Positions 49,830 through 59,925 of a stretch of 64,000 nt of DNA are shown here, in pieces. Position 1 is the stretch's first letter. Each line of letters opens with the position of its first letter. This DNA comes from Malacoraja senta (taxonomy: Eukaryota), in assembly GCA_038087875.1 (NCBI GenBank), contig CM075989.1:12958001-13022000 (forward strand), written 5' to 3'. The position numbers and the translations under genes were made by a program. The notes below the pieces were generated by a model. It did not search any database. It was not told the DNA's origin and worked only from the letters and a program-made list of their open reading frames with translations.

Positions 49830-50450
49830 TTGTATCATCAGGTTTGCTGATGATACAAAGATAGGTGGAGGGACAAGTGGTGTTGAAGAAGTCAGTAGTC
49901 TACAGAAGAGTGTGGACAGTTTGGGAGAGTGGGCAAAGAAGAGGCAAATGGAATACAGCGCAGCAAGGTTTACGGTTAGTCCTTTGGTAGAAGGAATAAA
50001 GGCATAAACTACTTTCTAAATGGGGAGAGGATTCAGAAATCAGAGACGCGAAGGGACTTGGGAGTGCAGGATTTCCCAAAATGTTAATTTGCAGGTTGAG
50101 TCAGTGGTAAGGAAGGCATATGCAATGCTAGCATTTATTTTGAAGAGACTAGAATATAAAAGCAAGGATGTAGTGCTGGGGCTTTATAAGGCATTGGTAA
50201 GGCCACATTTGGAATATTGCAAATAGTATTAGGCCCCATATCTGAGGAAGGATATGCTGACGTTGGATAGGGTACAGAAGTGGTTTACAAGAATGATCCC
50301 GGAGATGATAGTAAAGGTTCAGAAGAAAATGGATCAAATGCAGGCAAGTGAAGCTCGTTTATGGGAAGGCACCTTGCTCAGCATGAACAGGTTGGGCAGA
50401 AGGACCTATTTCCAGGCTGTATAACTGCCTGCATTTATATGTTCTATGAT
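49830..50450 (+). mobile_element. CR1 LINE remnant
   Basis: RFADDTKIGG, VVRKAYAMLAFI, LYKALVRPHLEYC. Confidence 0.8.
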
Positions 50451-51187
50451 CACTTCTAATTTACCCATCTCTGTGAGAAGTTCCACGCACCTCAGTTTTA
50501 AATGACCGCCCCCATATCTTATAACTATGTTCCCTCGATCAAGACTCTGCCCTTTGTGGTAACATGTCAACATCTGCACTGCCGAGTCCTCTCAGGATCT
50601 TTCGTGTTTTGATAAAATCACCACTCATTCTTCTGATGACCACGAATACCTGATCTAACTTCTGTGTCATTGCAACTGTCCCATCTCAGAAATTAGCCTG
50701 GGAAAAGTATTTTGGATAGCCCACAATGTTCCTGAATTTTTTTCTTAAATAAGAGGACCAATATACAGAGTGGTGCACAATAATTGGATGAGGTTTTGGG
50801 GAAATAAGGAGATGTTTCTCACCTAGAAGCTGGTGGGACTTTGGAAGTTGCCTCCTGGGAGTCTCCTCCTGGGACCTCCCTCCTGGGAGGTGGGACAGTC
50901 GGAACCCCCCCCCCCCCCCCGACCCCCCAAAGATGAATTAACTAGCAGCTGGATGTGTACTTGAAAAGCTCTGACTGGCAGGGTTGTGAACCTGGTGCAG
51001 AAAGTGGGACCAAGCCATTAGGTTGACTAGCATGGAAATAATGGCAAACGTCCAACCATTAAGGTTCCGTGATAACATTTCAGTAGTAAATTGTCTGGGA
51101 CAATCTGGTGACAGTGAGAAGTTCTGGCGAATATCCAGTTTTATCTTTCAGATCCAAAACCAGCCAATTCCACAGCGCAGTACTTAC

Positions 51188-51394
51188 GGATAAATGGGCT
51201 GTCGCCCTGCGTTTTCAGACGCAATGCATCTCCAACGTCCAGCTCAATGTTTCCCATCTCTTCTTCAGTGATCCAAAATGCAAGACTTTGGTCTGGGGTG
51301 TGTTGCTCGGAGATCTGCACCAGCTCTGGTTTGTAAATCAACTTCTTCAACTCTTCTGTCGAAATCTTATCCGACTGTCCTTTAGCTTCCACCT
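51188..51394 (-). CDS. ARPIN: Arpin, exon 4
   Basis: 207 bp; (K)VEAKGQSDKISTEELKKLIYKPEL...LAFWITEEEMGNIELDVGDALRLKTQGDSPFI. Confidence 0.96.
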
Positions 51395-52587
51395 CTGTCA
51401 CATGATATAACAAAGGGGAAAGAGAAAACAAAGGCCAAATTAGTCTCAACATTTTGCTTCAGGTAACTGCCCTCTATGGGCCCCTTAACCTCACCAAGTT
51501 TACAAGCATTCGTTTACCACTTAACAACCAGAGAATTGGGTGCAGAAGATTCCACAAGCAAATAGCAGGAATAAGCCACTTGCCTCCTAAAACCTGCCCT
51601 TGCCTTCATTATGATCATTGCTGATATATGCTGGCCCAATTCTACTTCTGTGCCAGTTCCACATAACCCACACTTCCATGATCTTTCAATTATTTCTCTA
51701 CATATAAATATCTTCCACCTTAAATATACCTAATGACCCAGCCTTCACCACCTGAGAGTTCCAGAGATTCACCACCTTTTTGGAGAAGACATCTCTACAC
51801 TTCTTAGTTTTAAATGACCACCCCCTTATTTTGGATCGGTGTCCTCTTGTTTGTAATTTTCCAACTAGAAAACAAATCCCAACATCTACCCTATCCAGTT
51901 AGGCCAGACTGTCTCTTCCAACGAAATCTCCTCTTCTGGTATATCTATTAATTCCTAAGTAAGAACATCCACCTTTAGGTATAGAGGTGCACGATACTCA
52001 ATGAGGGTAAGTGCTGATCTTGCCAGCAATGCTCATATCCCATAATTGGTGCAAAATTATTTTTGACTGTTTCTGATAAACCAGTACCCTCTGTACACCA
52101 ATGTATCCAGGTCCTCCCCAGCTTTACAACAAATACCTGGATTGTGGACAACCCATACATACGAGTGAGTTTTTGGAGACCAGTGGGACGGGCTTGCTGG
52201 CTGCTGCGGAACTACAGGTATCTTCTGCCGGTTGGGAATAGGGCATTTACATGCACCTTCACCTCCACACATCCCCACTGAGTCAAGCAGCACTGGGAAT
52301 GCTGCATAAACTCACATGACTCATTGAGAGCTGTGCTCTGAGCCTTGCAGAGCTGTGTCTGTTCATTTACAACTTACAAACAGATCTCAGGAACAGAACT
52401 CTGTCGTAATCTGCGGACTTCCTGAACTTAGTTCCTCTTCATTTAAAAATCCCACTTTCCATTAAAGTTTATAATATCAGATTAAGTATATCTGCCAACC
52501 TCTTGCCCACTCACCTGACCTGTCCAGATCCTTCACAGACTTGTTGTATCCTCACAGCTCATTTTCCAACCTTGCCTTGGATATGTT

Positions 52588-52883
52588 ATAGAAACATAGA
52601 AACATAGAAAATAGGTGCAGGAGGAGGCCATTCGGCCCTTCGAGCCAGCACCGCCATTCATTGTGATCATGGCTGATCGTCCTCTATCAATAACCCGTGC
52701 CTGCCTTCTCCCCATATCCCTTGACTCCACTAGCCCCTAGAGCTCTATCTAACTCTCTCTTAAATCCATCCAGTGACTTGGCCTCCACTGCCCTCTGTGG
52801 CAGGGAATTCCATAAATTCACAACTCTCTGGGTGAAAAAGTTTTTTCTCACCTGTCTTAAATGACCTCCCCTTTATTCTAAGA
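52588..52883 (-). mobile_element. Young CR1 3' fragment
   Basis: (gaaacata)n tail; FFTQRVVNLWNSLPQRAVEA on the minus strand. Confidence 0.88.
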
Positions 52884-53487
52884 TTATATTGATATATTCT
52901 AAGGTTATATTGATATCTCATCAGTCAATAATATAAACTAGGAAAAGCTGAGGTTGGAACCCATCACTGCGGCATCACAAGTAATAGCCTGCCAAACCGG
53001 AAATAATAATTGGTGGTTTTCTGTCCTCAAACCAATCCTCTGTAACTACAAATGTTATATCTAATGCCTCATCAGATGCCCTTGAAACTCCAAGGTCTCA
53101 AGGGAACCGATTGTTCACTACTCTGCCCATTCCAGACCTCTTAGGTTTGAACTCCTCCAATCCCAACTATCACATGAAATAAAAAAATCAGCAGATGAGG
53201 ATCATGTGGAGATAATAGAATAATCAGGTGAATAACATCGTAACAGTGAACAATGAAAAATGTGAGCCAATGTGAGAACAGCGTAGAGAGGGGAGGAGGC
53301 AGAAAGGCCTGTTCTGGGGTAGCAACAAAGAGATCTTGAATGGCACGTGGTGGTGGGGCCATCTGAGAGGATGGGGAAGGGTACTGTGACAGACAATGGG
53401 TGTACTTGCAAGCCAGCAGCCTGCTAAAAATGTGTTTTAAAACTAGCTGGATTCAGCTCTCCATTAGAGGCCACCAAACAATCACAT

Positions 53488-53723
53488 TGTAGCGGGGACT
53501 CACAGGAGTCCAGCCAAGAATTAGTCGTGATCGAACGTATTTATTACTACTTCAGTGCTGCTCCCTACTCCAACAACGTGCACGAGCGTTACCCGACCTT
53601 TACCCGACCTTAAACCCAGGGCCAGGCCCCGTGACCCTATGCCTCCCATTCCGAGACGCTCAACCCCTCCCTCCTGAGCCGAGGGTTCGCTATGCCTGTG
53701 GCCAGCCACCAGGTGCCGCCACA
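53488..53723 (-). mobile_element. Solo LTR (Gypsy-type), 236 bp
   Basis: TG...CA ends with short inverted termini tgtagcgg/ccgccaca; 4-bp TSD acat (53484-53487, 53724-53727); AATAAA on the minus strand at ~53541. Confidence 0.8.
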
Positions 53724-53924
53724 ACATTTCCAATATTTCCCATTTTCATTAATTGATGGTGAAATCTGGTTTAAAGGTGTCAGAACTATGCAGCACAATA
53801 TAAAAGCTGGTGTACTGGACATCTAGGATTCAGGGAAGCCAATCTCACTTTTGGAGAAGTGGCGAGGAATTTCGAATTAGAGATCGAAACAGTGGGAAAA
53901 TGCAATGTAGTTCTTCTTGGTGCA

Positions 53925-54200
53925 TCTGGCAGAGCTCCTGCCTCACAGCTTCAGCAACCCAAGTTCAATCTGCATCTCTGGTGTTCAGTGCTAGTTTGCA
54001 TAATCTGCCTGTGACCATGAGGATTTCCTCCTGTGCTCTCACGTCCCAAAAACACGCAGGTTAAATAATCCTTTAACTGGCTCCAAGTATATTGGTAAGT
54101 GGTAGAATCTGCTGGGAATTCTTGGGAATGTGGAGAAAATAGGTTGCAGGGAAAACAAATAAGGAGAATGAAATGGCTCATTGAGCCTGCTTAGACTCAA
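53925..54200 (+). mobile_element. Old tRNA-headed SINE
   Basis: gcctcacagc...acccaagttcaatc B-box-like head and gtgaccatgaggatttcctcc body. Confidence 0.55.
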
Positions 54201-54407
54201 ATTTGCAAAGAGATATGGAAATATAGCAAGGTTAAGAGGACATCAAATGAGAGACATGAAAGTCACTGACATTTATTGGGAGATGGGGACCTCTCCCAAA
54301 GAATCATTGACTCTGATACTCAAAGTATAAGAAGGGTATTTGCCCCCCGAGGTGGACCCCATTTAATGAGATAGCGGCTCAATTGCAACCTAACTCTCTG
54401 TACTCAC

Positions 54408-54540
54408 TGAAGGATGACATTAAGTATCCAGTGTTGACTTTCTTGGTTTCACTGAAGTTTGGTTCAATCTCCACTCCCTCAGAATCAAACTTTCTTTTGT
54501 GGATTTTCGTTGGCTTAATATACAGAATGAAGTAACGGTA
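54408..54540 (-). CDS. ARPIN: Arpin, exon 3
   Basis: 133 bp; YRYFILYIKPTKIHKRKFDSEGVEIEPNFSETKKVNTGYLMSSF. Confidence 0.97.
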
Positions 54541-56001
54541 CTGAAAAAGATGCAAAAAATTCAACATGGTAAGGTAATACATATTTGATTACTTACGTAT
54601 TAATAGAAACACTTAAACAATTATGAATTATGGTAATTACATTTGCATTTTTCGGACTGCTATTCATGGCTTTAACATGGACATCCTGAACTTCGCAATG
54701 ACATCACTGGCCGGCAGGAGAAAGTACAAAATTGGCCAGAAACGAGGCAGGTGCTTCAGCACAGTCAAATTAAAGGGAATGTTCTGTAACAGAGGCCAGG
54801 CCCATCCTCCAAATCACCAGGGACAGGTGAAGATTCCGCAGGTTGAGACACTTGATGCAACTCTGCAAAGGTGGCCCTCAGGATGAAATCCACAACGGGT
54901 ACCTTTCTGCAGGCTCTCTCTGAACACCTACATTTCACACCCCAAACGATGGATCCACCTAGGATCTCCAGATGAAATGGAAGATAGCCTGGTGACTGCC
55001 GTGAGAGGCTTAAAGGCCACACCTGCTCAGCACTCATGCTTCTGCTCAGACCAGCCTCCGATTATTGCCATTCGTTCGCAGCTTCATTACTTGATCTTAA
55101 CCAGTCCTCGCTGCACTTTTCCTCTGGCATCCCCTCCCCAACATAGCCAGCACTCTCCCACTAACTCCCACACAATCCAGGAGGGGCTGACTCTACACCA
55201 CTTGGCCCTAAATTACCATATAGGGGGGCTGCACGTAAGGTCATCGGGTCAAAGGGCATGATGCCGGAGCAGCTCATTCCATGTGGAGGACATGACAGCT
55301 TCCGGCACACACTGTTAACACACAGAATGCGTACCTTCTTACCTGTTAAAAAATGCTAAAATTGTCATTTTTTGTGCTATAAATATTTGTGGGTGCTGTC
55401 ATTGAAAGTGGGAAGGTTTGCTCTGAACCCGAGCACCAAGGTGTAAGCAGCCGAAGGAGCGCATCCCTCGGGACAGCTCCCACTCTCCCACCCGGGTCAG
55501 CGCTGTCCGGCCACAGCTGCCCTCCGCCCCGTCTCCCTCTGTGTGCCGCACTATCACGGGGCTGTGGGTCGGCAGTGCCCACACACGGGGCCGGGTGGAG
55601 CAAGGCCGAGGCCGCGGCTCCAGGCAATGTCAGCTGCAGCAGAGTTGGGGACAGTCTGCTCCCTCCGCCCACCAAGTCACTGACCGTGCTGCATCGGCAC
55701 CCCGACCTTTTCCGACCCCCTCCTCCTCCTCCCACCCCTGGCCGGGGGGATAGAGGGCCTGGGGTCCGCGGGTGTGCAACCAGTCCGGGTGCAGGGCTAG
55801 AAGGGCCGGCTGTGCTGACAGCCATAGTAAATGCTTACCTGCAGTTCACCGCGTGTACTCCAGTTGGCGTTGCATGGCAACAGTACGGGTCATGGGTCGT
55901 GACCTTGACTGCGTGCAACCTCCCTATAATCCCCCAACATTATCACACCGCTACCCCAGAATCGTCCCCATCCAAGTACCGACACCGACGGACCCGCTCA
56001 C

Positions 56002-56077
56002 CTTGCTGTCGGTCTCGTCCTCGATCTGATGCCGGGTCACCAGCAGTAGTTCCCCTTCCAGCACCGCACCGGGACCA
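56002..56077 (-). CDS. ARPIN: Arpin, exon 2
   Basis: 76 bp; (C)GPGAVLEGELLLVTRHQIEDETDSK; gtgagc donor. Confidence 0.93.
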
Positions 56078-56374
56078 CTGTAAACATATACCAAGTCAGT
56101 GTGGCTCAATGATACTTCGTTGTCACATGTACCTAGGTACAATGAAATACTTTGTTTTGCATAGAACCCGGTAAATTAGTCGCCGCGTTTCTGGCACTGA
56201 CAAAGTTATAAAAAGTTCACCGGGCATTCCTGTCTTCTGTGTAACAAGGAACTGAAGATGCTAGTTTACACCTTAGACACAAAATGTTGGAGTAACTCAG
56301 CGGGACAGGCAGCATCTCGGGAGAAAAGGAAAAGGAAAAGGAAGGTTCTCGACCCGAAACACAAACTATTCTAT

Positions 56375-56800
56375 CTCTGAACATCCAGGTTCAGGAATAG
56401 CTACTTCCCCACAGCCATCAGGCTATTAAACTCAAATGAAACAAAACTCTGAACATTAATAGACCATTATCTGTCTATTTGCACTTTATCTGTTTATTTA
56501 TTCATGTGTGCATATATTTATATAAGGGTATATGGACACACTGATCTGTTCTGTATTCAAGTTCAAGAAGGAACTGCAGATGCTGGAAAAACAAAGGTAG
56601 ACAAAAAGGCTGGAGAAACTCAGCGGGTGAGGCAGCATCTGTGGAACGAAGGAAATAGGCAACGTTTTGGGCCGAAACCCTAGTTCAGACTGATCAAGTT
56701 TCAGTTCTGTATTCAATCATGCCTGTGCTGTTCTGTTGTGCTGAAGCAAAGTAAGAATTTCATTGTTCTATCTAGGACACATGACAATAATCTCTCTTGA
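56375..56800 (+). mobile_element. Rex1/Babar-type LINE 3' end
   Basis: RFRNSYFPTAIRLLN, then 3' UTR ending gaatttcattgt...acatgacaataa; similar tails at ~5830, ~17850, ~35130 and ~61980. Confidence 0.7.
56561..56703 (-). mobile_element. 143-bp pLTR/hammerhead insertion nested in the Rex tail
   Basis: 13-bp TSD gttctgtattcaa (56548-56560, 56704-56716). Confidence 0.75.
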
Positions 56801-56928
56801 ATCACCAGAGGTGCTGCCTGTCCCCCTGAGTTACTCCAACAGATTGTATCCTATCTTCCCGCCTGCGGCCGTATGTGGCGGGCAGCGCTAAGCCCCCAGA
56901 CCCCCCCCCCCCCCCCCGGGAGCCTCAC

Positions 56929-57029
56929 CATGGTGTCCGTGTGGCAGTGGCCGGAGTCCAGCAGCCGGGGAGCCGCTGTCGATGCACCGGGCCGACCCGC
57001 AGCCGCTCGTCGCTGTAGATGCGGCTCAT
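56929..57029 (-). CDS. ARPIN: Arpin, exon 1
   Basis: ATG at 57029; MSRIYSDERLRVGPVHRQRLPGCWTPATATRTP plus 2 nt (human starts MSRIYHDGALR..V...RLPG.W); gtgagg donor. Confidence 0.92.
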
Positions 57030-57277
57030 CGTCCGACTCAAAGATCCTCTTTGGTCCGACCCAAAGATACTAGAGGAACAAGATAGACCACTCGACGAAA
57101 AAGCCGCAGTACGGTCATGGGATCATGGGTAATTTTTTTGCGCCATTTTGGCAATCAAATATATGAGGTTTTTTTTTAATGGGCTTCTGTCAATGGCGTC
57201 CACATAGTAGCTTTGGTCCGACCGGAAGCTGAAAAGGCTTACGGCGGAAACTAGTCGATCGCCCAGGTAACGGCGCC
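57030..57277. promoter_or_regulatory. Bidirectional promoter between ARPIN and AFG2B within a CpG island (~56870-58500)
   Basis: 248 bp between divergent ATGs; YY1-type cgccattttg (57141-57150) and ETS-type accggaag (57221-57228). Confidence 0.8.
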
Positions 57278-58354
57278 ATGGAGGGGCCGGAGCTGCGGCT
57301 GTTGCCGCCCGATGCTCGGGACCGCGGCTCCCAGCGATGCCGCCTGGGGCCCCGGGCTCTGGCAGCGCTGGCCGTGCGCCTCGGTGCCCCGCTGCGGGTG
57401 TGCGTGGCCGGTGGCCTGGCCCTCTGCTCCGCCTGGCCCCGGGCTGACCGCGCCGACGGTTTCGTGCAGCTGGACACCAAGTGCGCCAGCCCGGGCTTCC
57501 CCGACAGCGCGGCCCGAGGCCTAAGCCTGGGCATCGGGCAGTTGCAGCCCGTCGGCTGCAGTAGGGCCCGGCGGGTGTGTGTGCGGGCGGTGGTGGCGGC
57601 GGCGCGGCCCGACGGCCCCGAGCCTCCGTCCCCGCTCCCACTGATCCGCGGCCTGCTGAAGGGCGTCTACCTGAGCGCCGGGCTGGTGGTGCGGGTGGCA
57701 GGCCCAGAGGCCTCGGCCTGTCCCGGCGCCTTGCTCCAGCTCGAGGTCGTCTGGCTGGATCCACCGGCCGCCGGGGCCGCTCTGTTAGCGGCAGGTGCAG
57801 AGGTGCAGGTGGCTGAGGTGCTGAGTTTGGATCAGTACCGGGCCGAGAGCCGAGCCCCGCCCGAGGCTCCGGGGCCGGGACCCGAGCCTGTTCTCACCTC
57901 CCTGCGGGAGGCGCTGGCCTGGCCGCTCCTCTACCCCAAGACGTCGGCGCGCCTGGGCCTGGACTGCCCGCGGGGCGTGCTGCTGCTCGGGCCATCAGGC
58001 GTGGGCAAGACCCGGCTGCTACACTGCCTGGCCCGGGAGCTGGGCGCCACGGTGCTGGAGGCCTCAGCCTCGGCCTTGCTCGGGCCGCGGCCCGGGGACA
58101 GCGAGCGCCGTCTCCGGCGTCTCTTTGGGCGGGCCGCGGCCGAGCGTCGGCCTTGCCTGCTCTTCATCGACCAGTTGGACGCCGTGTTTTCCCGCAGGGC
58201 GGGTCGGAGCCAGGGCGCTGAGCACCGGCTGTTAGCTCAGCTCCTCTGCCTGCTCGACGGGCAGGACCGCAGGCCGTTCGTGTTAGTGGCCGCCACGGAC
58301 AGACCCGACGCATTGGACCCCGCACTGAGGAGGCCAGGACGATTTGATCGGGAG
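57278..58354 (+). CDS. AFG2B: AAA ATPase AFG2B (SPATA5L1), exon 1: N domain and D1
   Basis: gccATGG Kozak; LLP.DARDRG.QRCRLGP...C.AWPR.D.ADGFVQLD..CASPG N-terminus; Walker A GPSGVGKT; DPALRRPGRFDRE|gtgagg; 359 codons. Confidence 0.96.
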
Positions 58355-58699
58355 GTGAGGGTTGCGCCCAGCGGGAGTCGGTGTATAGAGGGAGGGGAGG
58401 CAGCAATAGCCGGGGTGAGTCCACCCCAGGGAAGTAGGGACTCCGGGCTGGGACTGATCCTCTTTCCCCCTGGACACCCTCCGGGCAGAGCCTGTTGGTT
58501 ACTTCAGTAGTTGGTCGCACTCAAGACCAGTGCCAGGCTTCACCTGGAACCAGTGGTTGCCTGTACATGGGTCGAGTTAGAGGTGCAGCAGGTGGGGAAC
58601 ATGATTTCAAATGTAGCGGAGGAAATTGTAAACAATTTCTCGAGCTGTACGTTTGTCAGAAATATTAAACCAATAATGTTCTGTGGAACTTAGTATGCT

Positions 58700-59460
58700 G
58701 TTTATTTAGAGTCGTACAGCACCCAAACGGCCCTTTGGTCCAGTGTGTCCAGCCGAGATGTTTGCCCATCTAAAATAATACGGCTATATTTCGTAATACA
58801 ACTCCTTACCCCCACGACTGAATAGCTGTGAAAAGTTCCCAGCATATGATTGATGCAAATGTGGCAGATGATAGTTTCTCATGAGTCAGGAGTATTTTAT
58901 TGTCATATGATTTCATTTACAGCTAATACGCTCTCATCCAGGCAACATCCTCGTGAACCTCTTCAGTGTCTTCCAAAGCCTCCATATCCATTCTGTAATG
59001 CGGTGACCAGAACTGTACATGATACTCCAAATGTGGTCGAAACAAAGTTTTATGCAGCTGCAACTTGACTTTGTGGCTATTATACTCCATGTCCCAACGC
59101 TAAAGGCAAACATGCTTCCACCTTCTTTACCACCATGTCTGCTTGTGTTGTCATCTGCAGGGAGCTATGGATTTGTATCCCCTCAATACTGCTAAGGACC
59201 CCGCTATTTATTATATACTTTCTCCTTTCAAAATGCACACCTCGCATCTACGTATTAGGCTCCATCTACCATTTCTTCACCCACATCGCCAACAGCTTTA
59301 TTTCCTCGTGAATCTTTGAAAACTCCCATAGTTTTTGTGTCATCAGTAAACTTGCTAAATCGGTCTGTTTACATTTTTATTCAAATTGTTTATATACATC
59401 ACAAACAGCAAAGTTCCCAACACCAACACCTGCGAAACACCATTGAACACCACCCTGGAA
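58700..59460 (-). mobile_element. Old CR1 LINE remnants
   Basis: Minus strand SKFTDDTK, L.KT.VRPHLEY.VQFWSPHYR.D...LE. Confidence 0.65.
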
Positions 59461-59739
59461 CAATTGCTGCCAGTCCTGCCCTTCACGCAATCATGTTTTC
59501 TGTGTTTCCACTTTCACTGGTGACACAATGAGGGGAGAATTGGGTCTTGCCCCAGCCACCTTGCTCCATCTATTCAACCTGTTTGAGCAGTAAATGTGCC
59601 CCCTTCCCTGGTTGCCGCAGTGCATCCACTGACTTCCTCATTTCTTGGTTCAATCGCATCCCATCTTGCCGGTTGTTTTACGATTACATTTTTGCACTCA
59701 GCATCAGACTCGGTCACCCACTTCTGTTCCTTCCTTCAG

Positions 59740-59925
59740 ATCACAATCGGAGTCCCTACTATGTTGCAACGCCAATCCATTTTGGAAGCGGTCACTGCCC
59801 CGATGCCTCTGAGCACTGATGTTAATGTGTCCTGGCTGGCGGAAGCAACAAGTGGCTACGTTGGGGCTGACCTGACAGCCCTGTGTCGAGAGGCCGCACT
59901 GCAGGTCATCAGGCGCAGTTCCCAG
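59740..59925 (+). CDS. AFG2B: AFG2B exon 2
   Basis: 186 bp; ITIGVPTMLQRQSILE...LAEATSGYVGADLTALCREAALQVIRRSSQ; cag/gtatgg. Confidence 0.95.

Noticed and set aside
53925-53990. tRNA gene
   Set aside because: Only a decayed tRNA-derived SINE head; no cloverleaf.
55346-56174. Long overlapping ORFs (261 aa plus strand, 159 aa minus strand)
   Set aside because: Low-complexity GC-rich translation of repeat-like intron sequence and the antisense of ARPIN exon 2; no recognisable domain.
57123-57764. 213-aa minus-strand ORF and other ORFs overlapping AFG2B exon 1
   Set aside because: Shadow ORFs of a very GC-rich coding exon.
58355-58510. C-terminal extension of the 410-aa ORF
   Set aside because: Read-through past the gtgagg donor; homology resumes in exon 2.
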